IMG/VR virus record: IMGVR_UViG_3300037461_001731
Span: 4,355-68,354 of that record
Source: a virus
Taxonomy: Duplodnaviria > Caudoviricetes
Reading direction: 5' to 3' (one strand)
DNA length: 64,000 nucleotides
The notes beneath the pieces were generated by a model. It was not told the origin of the DNA, searched no databases, and was given only the letters and a program-made list of their open reading frames with translations. Below, piece after piece: positions 38,247 through 47,989 of this stretch. Each line of letters begins with the position of its first letter. Position 1 is the stretch's first letter. The position numbers were made by a program, and so were the translations under genes.

Positions 38247-38747
38247 ATGGAAAAAGAGCACGAAGAAATAATAGAAGAAATATATAAAAAAATGTTATTA
38301 TCAAATCTTCCTGCAGTATTTGTAGATAGGACTGCAAAATTAGCACGTGAGTACGAAGGTATTTTTGATCTTATGTATATGTGGAACGAAGAATTGTCTG
38401 ACGAGGAAAAAGATGAGATAATAGCAGATATACAAGATTTGCTAGACGACGAAGAACGAGAACCTCCAGAGTATATAATTGATTTTTCTAAAGTTGATTG
38501 TGACGTTATAGAAAATATAATTGTAAGTTTATTGATGTGGAAGGCATACATTAAAATGTGTATAAATAAATCTGATTGGGGGCTAGATCGATTATCTGTA
38601 GAGACTGGAATTCCTATAGCAGCGCTTAATAGGTGTTTTAATATTAATACTAAGTCATTAATTAAGTATGGTATGTTTAAGAAGATAATTAAAGTTTTGA
38701 AATTAGATAATCTTGATTTTGTTTATGATTATAGAAGATTTATTTAA
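38247..38747 (+). CDS. XRE-like HTH transcriptional regulator
   Basis: C-terminal GLDRLSVETGIPIAALNRCFN helix-turn-helix pattern. Confidence 0.55.
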   Translation: MEKEHEEIIEEIYKKMLLSNLPAVFVDRTAKLAREYEGIFDLMYMWNEELSDEEKDEIIADIQDLLDDEEREPPEYIIDFSKVDCDVIENIIVSLLMWKAYIKMCINKSDWGLDRLSVETGIPIAALNRCFNINTKSLIKYGMFKKIIKVLKLDNLDFVYDYRRFI

Positions 38748-38763
38748 ACAAGGGGTGTAAGGA

Positions 38764-38901
38764 ATGCAAGATAATCAGTATAACGAAATACCTCAATTAT
38801 CTGATGATGATAAAAGGGAAATTTATCAATATGCTATAAAACGTTCAGAACAAATTATTCGTGAGATGGGTGATGACGATGAAAGATTATCCAGATATTA
38901 A
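38764..38901 (+). CDS. 45-aa hypothetical protein (not in the track)
   Basis: AAGGA RBS, MQDNQYNEIPQLSDDDKREIY..., translated by hand. Confidence 0.5.
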   Translation: MQDNQYNEIPQLSDDDKREIYQYAIKRSEQIIREMGDDDERLSRY

Positions 38902-39214
38902 GATTTTGGCTTATATGGTAAATAATGTTGTTAGTAGTATTGAAGATTTTGATGCAAATCTTGGTTTAAAAAAGAGAGAAGTTAGAACTGCTGTAAGAAG
39001 GCTTCTTAAGAATGGTAGTATTACTTATCAATCGTCTGATATGTTAATTATAACAGGTATTGGAGCTTCTCAATTTTACAATTGGAATGCAAAAGTTTTG
39101 GAAATTTTAAATATTGTAAAGAGTCCTTCTATAAGTTTTAAATTTGGCGAAGAAGATTATTATAGTAGTGATAGTCTTCCGATAACTATAATATATAGTA
39201 TGGGTGAGGTTTGA
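38861..39214 (+). CDS. winged-helix-like hypothetical protein
   Basis: LGLKKREVRTAVRRLLKNGSI pattern. Confidence 0.45.
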   Translation: MRWVMTMKDYPDIKILAYMVNNVVSSIEDFDANLGLKKREVRTAVRRLLKNGSITYQSSDMLIITGIGASQFYNWNAKVLEILNIVKSPSISFKFGEEDYYSSDSLPITIIYSMGEV

Positions 39215-39867
39215 TTATTATGACTGGCATTAAAAATGTAATGTATATTTTAGTTATTATAATTTTTTGTAATTCTTGTATTAAAAAAGAAAGTGAAGAG
39301 TTACAAAAATCTGTAGTTTCTATAGGATTTTTTAATAAAGGTTCTTATTTTTTACCTTCTGGGGTTGCTACTTTTATTTCTGACCAGTATCTTTTGACTT
39401 CATGCAACTCTATTCCTTACAACGAAGATTCTGAGATAACCATTAAAGATAGTCTTGGGCTTTATCATAGAGCTTCCTTAGTACTTGTAGAAACTAAACC
39501 TTGTTTTGCCATATTGTATACTGATCTTATGAGGAGTGAGTTAAATTTTCCGCTTTGTACAAATTTTTCAGAATCTGAACATATTATTATTTCGCAAACT
39601 GAAGATTTATTTAACCTTTATTATAAAGTTCTTTTGCTTAAAAAAGGAACAATTAATACTAACTTTTTAACAAGCGGCGCTTTAATTAATGGTAATTATT
39701 TTCCGAAAGAATTGCCAGATTTTTCAAAGGGTGCTCCTATTATTTCGTTGACTAATAAATGCGTAATTGGTATATATATTAGGAGTACCTATGACTTACT
39801 TGAATTTAGTTTGTCACATGAGATAATAAAACATTTGTACAATAACTTTTTAGAGGAAAAAAGATGA
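39211..39867 (+). CDS. putative lipoprotein with degenerate trypsin-like fold
   Basis: Hydrophobic N-terminus ending FCNSC; GVATFISDQYLLTS and KGAPII...VIGI resemble trypsin-like peptidase strands. Confidence 0.45.
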   Translation: MIIMTGIKNVMYILVIIIFCNSCIKKESEELQKSVVSIGFFNKGSYFLPSGVATFISDQYLLTSCNSIPYNEDSEITIKDSLGLYHRASLVLVETKPCFAILYTDLMRSELNFPLCTNFSESEHIIISQTEDLFNLYYKVLLLKKGTINTNFLTSGALINGNYFPKELPDFSKGAPIISLTNKCVIGIYIRSTYDLLEFSLSHEIIKHLYNNFLEEKR

Positions 39868-40202
39868 GCAGTGACTTGACATTTAAGGATTTGTTGAGAG
39901 TCAATATGAGTTTAACGGGGAAAATGAAGAGGAAATGGAGGATAAACGGCTATGGATACTACGCTCACGCAGGCATACAATACCCGGATGGTAGCATAGA
40001 CATTTTATTTTCCGGAGGCACACACCCCGCTGGTACTGAATATATAATTGTTTCTCTGGACGACAAGAGACCGGCGCTGTCTGCATTTTGGTACGGAACT
40101 GTAGAGGACGCCTCATTTCTAGACAAAGGTGATATTTTTAATTTGAATGACCTTGTTTATATAGAAGGTCAGTTCTTAGTTGTCCGGAGTTGTGGGTTAT
40201 GA
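39864..40202 (+). CDS. hypothetical protein in GC-richer segment
   Basis: 112-aa ORF, ATGA overlap. Confidence 0.55.
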   Translation: MSSDLTFKDLLRVNMSLTGKMKRKWRINGYGYYAHAGIQYPDGSIDILFSGGTHPAGTEYIIVSLDDKRPALSAFWYGTVEDASFLDKGDIFNLNDLVYIEGQFLVVRSCGL

Positions 40203-40411
40203 GAGTTACCCTTTTCGACTATTATGTGCGGACAGCTTTCGAATTTGAAGTTGACGAGGATTCTAGTCTGTCATGCTTAATACCCCGCTTGCCTACAATC
40301 GCTTCGGCTATGGTAATCATCGAAGGTTGCGAAGGTGTGTGGCACGCAAGAAGTGTCCCGAATTATATAGAATTTACACGTGGGTGGGGCAAAAAGTTGA
40401 AGTGCATATGA
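40199..40411 (+). CDS. small hypothetical protein in GC-richer segment
   Basis: ATGA overlap with the previous gene. Confidence 0.5.
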   Translation: MRVTLFDYYVRTAFEFEVDEDSSLSCLIPRLPTIASAMVIIEGCEGVWHARSVPNYIEFTRGWGKKLKCI

Positions 40412-40539
40412 GTGTGAAGATGCGGGACGTACACAATCAGTTGCACTGTACTACCATGTGTCCACGTTGTGGGGCACCTGGATGTGTTTTCAAGTGTTCG
40501 AGGAAGTGTAGTTAATAGGTAAATTATACAGTCAAGACA

Positions 40540-41259
40540 TTGGAGGAAAAAATGAACGATAAAAAAGGTTTAGTATTTTATACTTCGACAAATTCTAAAG
40601 GTAGAAAAGATGCTACAGGAGCTTTTATTCCTGAAGCTAAAAATTTTTCTAAAATACATAATATTCCTGAAGAAGACCAAGTTGGAATAGATTGTAGAAA
40701 ATTAGAAAAATGGGATAGACGTAAAATTGTCTACAACGTGTTAAATGAACAGAAAAACGATTCTTTAAGCAAGTTAGCATTTTTCTGTCATGGATTTCCC
40801 ACACACATTCAATTTGGTATATATCTTAATCATTTAGGAGAGCTTGCAGATATTTTAGCAGATAAGCTGTCAAATAATGCAAAAATAATTTTTTATGCTT
40901 GTAGTACAATGAGTTCTTTCAACAAAGGGGTTTCTGACGGATTGTTTGAGAATGATGATGGGCCCTGTGTTAAGGATGGTTTTTGTGATACATTAAGAGA
41001 TAGGCTAGTTGAAAAAACTGATAAGTATTTTGAAATATTTGGACATACCGGACCTGGGCATGCTACAATGTTTCCATATGTAGCTAAGGTTTCTCCTATT
41101 GAACATGTTACTGAAGATATGGACGGCGCTAATTGGGTAATTTCTCCACTAAGCAGAGATCTTTGGAAAAGTTGGTGCATAAAGTTGAAAAAGACTGATT
41201 TGAGATATAAGTTTCCTTGGTTAACCAAAGAGGAATTAACAAGTCAACTGCTTTCCTAG
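40540..41259 (+). CDS. hypothetical protein with FFCHG...FYACS motifs (caspase/CHAT-like His-Cys pattern)
   Basis: Hydrophobic strand + HG, then strand + AC. Confidence 0.5.
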   Translation: MEEKMNDKKGLVFYTSTNSKGRKDATGAFIPEAKNFSKIHNIPEEDQVGIDCRKLEKWDRRKIVYNVLNEQKNDSLSKLAFFCHGFPTHIQFGIYLNHLGELADILADKLSNNAKIIFYACSTMSSFNKGVSDGLFENDDGPCVKDGFCDTLRDRLVEKTDKYFEIFGHTGPGHATMFPYVAKVSPIEHVTEDMDGANWVISPLSRDLWKSWCIKLKKTDLRYKFPWLTKEELTSQLLS

Positions 41260-41341
41260 AACTTTCGAAAAATCTTCAGTTTTTTAATTTAAAGTTACAA
41301 TATAGGTATAAAGACCGAGTAAAAAAATATCTAATTTTTTC

Positions 41342-41371
41342 TTGACAAACGTATAAAATTGATGTTATTCT
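41342..41371 (+). promoter_or_regulatory. sigma70-type promoter ahead of the repeat-array operon
   Basis: TTGACA-18 bp-TATTCT with extended TG. Confidence 0.55.
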
Positions 41372-41399
41372 TAATTAGAGAAGTAAGCTGGAGGTTTTT

Positions 41400-41888
41400 A
41401 TGAATATTTATAACAACTATATGGAAGAGTCTTCTTACTTGGATTATAATCTATCCGATTTTTCTAAAAAATTAGAAGATGTGCTGGAAAAAACTGATAA
41501 AATCATAAACTTAAGAATGTCAAAAGATGTTACAGATTACTCTGTAGAGGTAAAACATCTTTTGATTTATATAATGGGTTTTATAAAATCTTGCGAAAAG
41601 TTTAGCAAAGAATACCTTACTTTGAAAAAACAAAAAATAGAAGAAGATGAGCTAGATAATAGTTTTAGCCTTGAGTTGGACAATTTACAAGAACGGGTAA
41701 GTCAACTAGAGGAAGAAAACGAAGAATTGGCGTCTAAAATAAGTGAAAAAGATTTTTATGCCAATAAAGAGATGGATCATTTGGCAGATTTTTTTATGGA
41801 AAACATTTCAAAATGGATAAAAAATCTATACGAAAAAGAAAAAGAGCTAACTCGTTTAAAATACAAGATGAGTAGCGAAATCGATTAA
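41400..41888 (+). CDS. coiled-coil hypothetical protein
   Basis: 162 aa, GGAGG RBS, heptad-like LDNLQERVSQLEEENEEL. Confidence 0.6.
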   Translation: MNIYNNYMEESSYLDYNLSDFSKKLEDVLEKTDKIINLRMSKDVTDYSVEVKHLLIYIMGFIKSCEKFSKEYLTLKKQKIEEDELDNSFSLELDNLQERVSQLEEENEELASKISEKDFYANKEMDHLADFFMENISKWIKNLYEKEKELTRLKYKMSSEID

Positions 41889-41912
41889 TAATTAGCAAAA
41901 AGATTATATAAA

Positions 41913-42515
41913 ATGAATAATAAATATGTAAAATTTCTTGAAAAACATGTGGATTGGCATAGTATATCGAAAGATAAAAGGATATCAAAAGCTTTCATTA
42001 GAGAATTCCAGAACAAGGTTAGGTGGGAATATATTTCACGTTATCAAACGCTGTCAGAAAAATTCATTAGAGAATTTCAAGATAGAGTTAGTTGGGAATA
42101 TATTTCACATTATCAAACCTTATCAGAAGATTTTATACGAGAATTTAAAGATAATGTTAATTGGTATCATATTTCAAAGGATCAAACGTTGTCTGAAGAC
42201 TTCATTAGAGAATTTCAAGATAATGTTGATTGGGATTATGTTTCAGGTTGTCAAAAATTATCAGAAGACTTTATCAGAGAATTTAAAGATAAAGTTGATT
42301 GGATTCGCGTATCAGCATGTCAAACCTTATCAGAAGATTTCATAAGAGAATTTAAGGATGAAGTTGATTGGAGTCGTATTTCAATATGTCAAAAATTATC
42401 AGAAGACTTCATTAGAGAATTTAAAGATAGAGTTTATTGGGTAGCTATTTCATTATACCAAAAATTATCAAAAGATTTTATCAGAGAATTCAAACAAAAA
42501 GGTTATATAAAATGA
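41913..42515 (+). CDS. Trp-repeat protein, type B cap, 7 modules
   Basis: LSExFIREFxDxVxWxxISxxQ repeats. Confidence 0.9.
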   Translation: MNNKYVKFLEKHVDWHSISKDKRISKAFIREFQNKVRWEYISRYQTLSEKFIREFQDRVSWEYISHYQTLSEDFIREFKDNVNWYHISKDQTLSEDFIREFQDNVDWDYVSGCQKLSEDFIREFKDKVDWIRVSACQTLSEDFIREFKDEVDWSRISICQKLSEDFIREFKDRVYWVAISLYQKLSKDFIREFKQKGYIK

Positions 42516-43384
42516 AATGTGTAAATTGTAAAAATTTTAATATCTTTAGCACTTTTTGTAATACGTTAAGTCATCCAGTTGACCCTAATTATCATTGTAA
42601 TGGTTTTAGTAATATAAGTAATACTGTTATAAGTAACGCAAATTTAGATGCAGAGATCAAAAGAATATTGAGTTATTATGCTATAGACTATGATGTTAAC
42701 ATGTCCGGTAAAGATTTAATGCAATTTTGTAGAATAAATATTGATGACACGCAATTGGTTGAGGTGGTGTGGACTCAAAAACTATCAGAAGATTTTATTA
42801 GAGAATTTCAAGATAAAATTGACTGGAGCCACATTTTAATTAATCAAACATTATCAGAAAATTTCATCAGAGAATTTCAGGATAAAATTGACTGGGGTCT
42901 AATTTCATATAATCAAAAATTATCAGAAGACTTCATCAGAGAATTTAAAGATAAGGTTGACTGGTTTTGGATTTCTGAATGTCAAACGTTATCAGAAGAT
43001 TTCATTAGAGAATTTAAAGATAAGGTTGATTGGGATTATATTTCAGAGCATCAAATATTATCAGAAAACTTTATCAGAGAATTTCAAGACAAGGTTAACT
43101 GGGAGTGTATTTCAAGTTGTCAAACCTTATCAGAAGATTTCATTCGAGAATTTAAGGATAAGGTTGACTGGGATTATATTTCATATAATCAAAAATTATC
43201 AGAAGACTTCATCAGAGAATTTAAAGATAAGGTTGACTGGTTTTGGATTTCTGAATGTCAAACGTTATCAGAAGATTTCATTAGAGAATTTAAAGATAAG
43301 GTTGATTGGGATGAGATTTTAAAGCATCAAAAATTATCAACTAATTTCATCAATGAATTCAAACAGAAAGGTTATATTAAATGA
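42512..43384 (+). CDS. Trp-repeat protein, type C (Cys4) cap, 8 modules
   Basis: True start at the ATGA junction 42512 (MKCVNCKNF); the track start 42437 lies inside the previous gene. Confidence 0.9.
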   Translation: MKCVNCKNFNIFSTFCNTLSHPVDPNYHCNGFSNISNTVISNANLDAEIKRILSYYAIDYDVNMSGKDLMQFCRINIDDTQLVEVVWTQKLSEDFIREFQDKIDWSHILINQTLSENFIREFQDKIDWGLISYNQKLSEDFIREFKDKVDWFWISECQTLSEDFIREFKDKVDWDYISEHQILSENFIREFQDKVNWECISSCQTLSEDFIREFKDKVDWDYISYNQKLSEDFIREFKDKVDWFWISECQTLSEDFIREFKDKVDWDEILKHQKLSTNFINEFKQKGYIK

Positions 43385-43959
43385 ATAAAAAAGATATGTT
43401 AAAAGATGTTATTAATCAGTATAAACAGACACATCCTAATGATAAAAAAGATTTATTAAGTAATTTTTGGGAGGATATAAGTTATAAGGTTAAACTATCT
43501 GAAGCTTTTATCAGAGAATTTAAAGATAAAGTTTGCTGGATTAGTATTTCAGTACATCAAGAATTATCAGAAGATTTCATAAGAGAATTTAAGGATAGAG
43601 TTGAATGGAATTGGACTTCAGTAAATCAAAAATTATCAGAAGATTTCATGCGAGAATTCGAGTATAGAGTTAACTGGAGTTGGGTTTCAACGCGTCAAAC
43701 GCTGTCTGAAGATTTCATTAGAGAATTTAAAGATAAGTGGAATTGGAGTTATATTTCAAGTTGTCAAACCTTATCAGAAGATTTCATCAGAGAATTTAAG
43801 GATAAGGTTGAGTGGAGTTATATTTCAAGTTGTCAAACCTTATCAGAAAACTTCATTAGAGAATTTAAAGATAGAGTTGATTGGGATGAGATTTTAAAGC
43901 GTCAAAAATTATCAACTAATTTCATTAATGAATTCAAACAAAAAGGTTATATTAAATGA
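43381..43959 (+). CDS. Trp-repeat protein, type A cap, 6 modules
   Basis: MNKKDMLKDVINQYKQ cap + repeats. Confidence 0.9.
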   Translation: MNKKDMLKDVINQYKQTHPNDKKDLLSNFWEDISYKVKLSEAFIREFKDKVCWISISVHQELSEDFIREFKDRVEWNWTSVNQKLSEDFMREFEYRVNWSWVSTRQTLSEDFIREFKDKWNWSYISSCQTLSEDFIREFKDKVEWSYISSCQTLSENFIREFKDRVDWDEILKRQKLSTNFINEFKQKGYIK

Positions 43960-44489
43960 ATGAGAAATATAAAAATATAATTGAAAAACACGCAAACTGG
44001 AAAAGAATTTCTAAAGAAGAATTGTTATCAGAAGATTTCATTAGAGAATTTAAGGATAAAGTCTATTGGAGGAGTATTTCGATATATCAAACATTATCAG
44101 AAGACTTTATAAGAGAATTTAAGGATAAAGTTAAGTGGGGTAATATTTCAATATGTCAAACCTTATCGGAAGATTTCATTAGAGAATTTAAGAATAAGGT
44201 TGATTGGGAAAGTATTTCAGAATGTCAAATCTTATCAGAAGATTTCATTAGAGAATTTAAGGATAAGGTTGAGTGGGGTCATATTTCAAGTTGTCAAACC
44301 TTATCAGAAGATTTCATTAGAGAATTTAAGGATAAGGTTGAGTGGAGTTATATTTCAAGTTGTCAAACCTTATCAGAAGATTTCATTAGAGAATTTAAGG
44401 ATAAGGTTATTTGGTTTTGGATTTCAAGACATCAAACATTATCTGAAGACTTCATCAATGAATTCAAGCAGAAAGGGTATATTAAATGA
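43956..44489 (+). CDS. Trp-repeat protein, type B cap, 6 modules
   Basis: MNEKYKNIIEKHANW cap + repeats. Confidence 0.9.
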   Translation: MNEKYKNIIEKHANWKRISKEELLSEDFIREFKDKVYWRSISIYQTLSEDFIREFKDKVKWGNISICQTLSEDFIREFKNKVDWESISECQILSEDFIREFKDKVEWGHISSCQTLSEDFIREFKDKVEWSYISSCQTLSEDFIREFKDKVIWFWISRHQTLSEDFINEFKQKGYIK

Positions 44490-44926
44490 ATAAAAGAGAT
44501 ATGTTAAGAGATGTTATTAAGCAGTATAAACAAGAATGTTCTAATGATGAAGAAGATTTATTAATTAATTTTTGGGGGGATATAAGTTATAAGGTTAAAC
44601 TATCTGAAGCTTTTATCAGAGAATTTCAAAATAAGGTTAATTGGAGAGCTATTTCATGGAGTCAAACATTATCGGAAGACTTCATTAGAGAATTTAAGGA
44701 TAAAGTTAACTGGTATCATATTTCATGGCGTCAAACATTGTCAGAAAACTTCATTAGGGAGCTTCAAGATAAAGCTGATTGGTATTGTATTTCATATTAT
44801 CAAACATTATCAGAAGATTTTATTAGAGAATTTAAAGATAGAGTTAACTGGAGTTATATTTTATATAAACAAAAATTATCAACTAATTTCATCAATGAAT
44901 TCAAGCAGAAAGGTTATATTAAATGA
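44486..44926 (+). CDS. Trp-repeat protein, type A cap, 4 modules
   Basis: MNKRDMLRDVIKQYKQ cap + repeats. Confidence 0.9.
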   Translation: MNKRDMLRDVIKQYKQECSNDEEDLLINFWGDISYKVKLSEAFIREFQNKVNWRAISWSQTLSEDFIREFKDKVNWYHISWRQTLSENFIRELQDKADWYCISYYQTLSEDFIREFKDRVNWSYILYKQKLSTNFINEFKQKGYIK

Positions 44927-45801
44927 ATAAAGAATATACAGATATATTTAAAAAATACGCAAACTGGGAAAGAATTTCTAAAGAAGAACTGTTATCGGAA
45001 GATTTCATTAGAGAATTTGAAGCTGAAGTTAATTGGAATTGGATCTCATGGTATCAAACGCTATCAGAAGACTTCATTAGAGAATTCCAAGATGAAGTTA
45101 ATTGGTGTAAGATTTCAGAACGTCAAAAATTATCAGAAGACTTTATCAGAGAATTTAAAGGTGAAGTTTATTGGGCTGGGATTTCATGTCACCAAATGCT
45201 ATCAGAGGTCTTCATACGAGAATTTAAGAATAGAGTTGATTGGGTGGGTATTTCATCATGTCAAAAATTATCAGAAGATTTCATACGAGAATTTAAAGAT
45301 GAAGTTTATTGTGGTTATATTTCACAATATCAAGAATTATCAGAAGACTTCATTAGAGAATTTCAAGATAAAGTTAATTGGGGGCGTATTTCAAGATCTC
45401 AAACATTATCAGAAGATTTTATTAGAGAATTTAAGGATAAAGTTAATTGGGATTATATTTCAGAGCATCAAAAATTATCAGAAGACTTTATCAGAGAATT
45501 TAAAGGTGAAGTTTGCTGGATTAGTATTTCAGTACATCAAGAATTATCAGAAGACTTTATAAGAGAATTTAAGGATAAAGTTTATTGGGATTATATTTCA
45601 TGGCATCAAAAACTATCAGAAGATTTCATCAGAGAATTTAAGGATAAAGTTTATTGGATTCGTGTATCAGCATGTCAAACATTATCAGAAGATTTCATAC
45701 GAGAATTTAAAGATGAAGTTTATTGGGATTATATAGTTAGGCATCAAACACTATCAAAAGACTTTATTAATGAATTCAAGCAGAAGGGTTATATAGAATG
45801 A
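44923..45801 (+). CDS. Trp-repeat protein, type B cap, 11 modules
   Basis: MNKEYTDIFKKYANW cap + repeats. Confidence 0.9.
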   Translation: MNKEYTDIFKKYANWERISKEELLSEDFIREFEAEVNWNWISWYQTLSEDFIREFQDEVNWCKISERQKLSEDFIREFKGEVYWAGISCHQMLSEVFIREFKNRVDWVGISSCQKLSEDFIREFKDEVYCGYISQYQELSEDFIREFQDKVNWGRISRSQTLSEDFIREFKDKVNWDYISEHQKLSEDFIREFKGEVCWISISVHQELSEDFIREFKDKVYWDYISWHQKLSEDFIREFKDKVYWIRVSACQTLSEDFIREFKDEVYWDYIVRHQTLSKDFINEFKQKGYIE

Positions 45802-46124
45802 TTAAAAAATATAAAGATATAACTGAAAAATATATGGACTGGATGAGAATTTCTGAAGAAGAGTTGTTATCAGAAGACTTCATTAGGAAGTTTCAAGATA
45901 AAGTTTATTGGGGTTATATTTCACAATATCAAGAATTATCAGAAGACTTCATTAGAGAATTTCAAGATAAAGTCTATTGGAGGCGTATTTCGACATATCA
46001 AACATTATCAGAAGACTTTATAAGAGAATTTAAGGATAAAGTTGATTGGCGATATATTTCATATCATCAAAAACTATCAAAAGACTTTATTAATGAATTC
46101 AAACAGAAAGGTTATATAGAATGA
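45798..46124 (+). CDS. Trp-repeat protein, type B cap, 3 modules
   Basis: MIKKYKDITEKYMDW cap + repeats. Confidence 0.9.
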   Translation: MIKKYKDITEKYMDWMRISEEELLSEDFIRKFQDKVYWGYISQYQELSEDFIREFQDKVYWRRISTYQTLSEDFIREFKDKVDWRYISYHQKLSKDFINEFKQKGYIE

Positions 46125-46522
46125 ATAAAGAATATAAAAATATAATTGAAAAATATACATTTACTGACTGGGGAAGAATTTCTGAAGAAGAAACATTATC
46201 TGAAGATTTTATCAGGGAGTTTAAGGATAAAGTTTATTGGGGTTATATTTCAGCATGGCAAACATTATCAGAAGATTTCATACGAGAATTTGAAGATAAA
46301 GTTGATTGGGGTGATATTTCAACATATCAAAAATTATCTGAAGATTTCATACGAGAATTTAAAGATAAAGTTGATTGGGGTGATATTTCAACATATCAAA
46401 AATTATCTGAAAATTTTATTAGAGAATTTCAAGATAAAGTTAATTGGAGATGTATTTCAAGATCTCAAACATTATCAGAAGATTTTATTAAAGAATTCAA
46501 GCAGAAGGGTTATATTAAATGA
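46121..46522 (+). CDS. Trp-repeat protein, type B cap, 4 modules
   Basis: MNKEYKNIIEKYTFTDW cap + repeats. Confidence 0.9.
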   Translation: MNKEYKNIIEKYTFTDWGRISEEETLSEDFIREFKDKVYWGYISAWQTLSEDFIREFEDKVDWGDISTYQKLSEDFIREFKDKVDWGDISTYQKLSENFIREFQDKVNWRCISRSQTLSEDFIKEFKQKGYIK

Positions 46523-47040
46523 TATTTGTTACTTCGGATCATCATTTTGGGCATTATAAAATTCTTGAATATCAGAAAGATACAAGACCTTTTTGTACTA
46601 TAGACGATATGGATAATTTTTATATTGATTCATGGAATTCACAAGTATCAGATAAAGATACTGTCTATCATTTAGGTGATTTTTGCTTTAAAAATGCTAA
46701 ATTCTATTTTTCTAGATTAAGGGGGATAATAAAAGTTATTCCTGGAAATCATGACCGTTGGGCAAAAAAGAAAAAAGAGAAGTTATTTTCAGCGTCTAAC
46801 CGTGAAATAGAAATTTTGCAACCTGTGTGCGTTCTAAAAGTAGATAAAGTTAACAAGTTTGTGCTATGTCATTATCCTATGTATTCTTGGCCGCATTCAA
46901 ATTATGGAGTACTTCATTTTCACGGGCATACCCATAGAAAAATAGGATATAACGAAAATGCAATACATGTAGGTATTGATGAACATCAAAAATTACTAAG
47001 TTTAAGAGATTTTATGAAAGGTCTGTCATGGAAAAAATAG
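46519..47040 (+). CDS. calcineurin-like metallophosphoesterase
   Basis: SDHHFGH, LGDF, GNHD, HYP, HGHTH. Confidence 0.9.
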   Translation: MIFVTSDHHFGHYKILEYQKDTRPFCTIDDMDNFYIDSWNSQVSDKDTVYHLGDFCFKNAKFYFSRLRGIIKVIPGNHDRWAKKKKEKLFSASNREIEILQPVCVLKVDKVNKFVLCHYPMYSWPHSNYGVLHFHGHTHRKIGYNENAIHVGIDEHQKLLSLRDFMKGLSWKK

Positions 47041-47186
47041 TATTAAATATTATTTTATTAGTGAGTATTATTAGTATTCCTTTAATTTTTTCAATACCAA
47101 TTTTTTTAGACTATAAGCTTAAAAAATTGGAATTTTTAAGTAAAAAGTGTAAAGATAAAGATGAAAACAGAGATGAAAACTGGTGA
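47028..47186 (+). CDS. 52-aa single-pass membrane protein (not in the track)
   Basis: MEKIVLNIILLVSIISIPLIFSIPIFLDYKLKK..., translated by hand. Confidence 0.5.
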   Translation: MEKIVLNIILLVSIISIPLIFSIPIFLDYKLKKLEFLSKKCKDKDENRDENW

Positions 47187-47989
47187 TTATGATGACAAAA
47201 CCTTTTGTTAAATGGGTGGGCGGCAAGACGTCCATACTTAAGCAGTTAGTCAATAATTTTCCTAAGAACTACGATAATTATTATGAGCCTTTTGTTGGTG
47301 GAGGAGCAGTTTACTTTCAAATATTGGCTAAAAACGCTAACTTAAATGATTCAAATGGTGAATTAATAAATTCTTATAAGATTGTTAAGCACCATGTGGA
47401 AGATCTTATCTCCGAATTATTTTTGTATGAAAATACTAAGGAGTTTTTTATGGGAATAAGAGCCAAAAACCCTTTATTCCTATCTCCTGTAGAAAGAGCA
47501 GCCAGATTTATCTATTTAAATAAAACGTGTTTTAATGGTTTGTATAGAGTTAATTCAAAAAATCAGTTTAATGTTCCCTATGGGGGTTATCTTAATGCTA
47601 ATTTTTGTGATAAAAAAACTTTAAGAGATTGTTCTGAAGCGTTAAAAACTGCAAGTTTGGACGCTTCTTGTTTTTCTAATTATTTAGAAAAGGTTAATAC
47701 AAACAATACTTTTGTGTATTTAGATCCACCATATTACCCCTCTGAAAATAATTCTTTTGTTTCTTATACTAAGAGAGGTTTTGGTGAAAAAGATCATGAA
47801 CTTTTGTGCGATTGGTATAAAAAGCTTGACAGAAAGGGTGTAATGGTGTTACTATCTAATAGTGATTGTGATTGGACGAGGCTAAATTATTCTAAATTTA
47901 GAATAATTGAGGTAACTAGTAGAAGGTCTGTTGGTAGTGCTTCTGTGAGCAGGGGCAAGTATTCAGAGTTGTTAATTGCTAATTATTAG
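47183..47989 (+). CDS. dam: Dam-like DNA adenine methyltransferase
   Basis: KPFVKWVGGK, EPFVGGGAV, YLNKTCFNGLYRVN, YLDPPY. Confidence 0.93.
   Translation: MIMMTKPFVKWVGGKTSILKQLVNNFPKNYDNYYEPFVGGGAVYFQILAKNANLNDSNGELINSYKIVKHHVEDLISELFLYENTKEFFMGIRAKNPLFLSPVERAARFIYLNKTCFNGLYRVNSKNQFNVPYGGYLNANFCDKKTLRDCSEALKTASLDASCFSNYLEKVNTNNTFVYLDPPYYPSENNSFVSYTKRGFGEKDHELLCDWYKKLDRKGVMVLLSNSDCDWTRLNYSKFRIIEVTSRRSVGSASVSRGKYSELLIANY

Larger units (their letters stand above)
41913..46522 (+). repeat. array 1 of 23-aa (69-bp) Trp-repeat genes: eight genes joined by ATGA overlaps
   Basis: 69-nt period measured (44043 to 44112); every gene ends F(I)NEFKQKGYI(K/E) or REFKQKGYIK. Confidence 0.97.

Noticed and set aside
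41913-46522. CRISPR array or non-coding repeat-spacer locus
   Set aside because: The 69-bp units stay in frame, have no stops, vary synonymously, and no cas genes are present; they behave as protein repeats.
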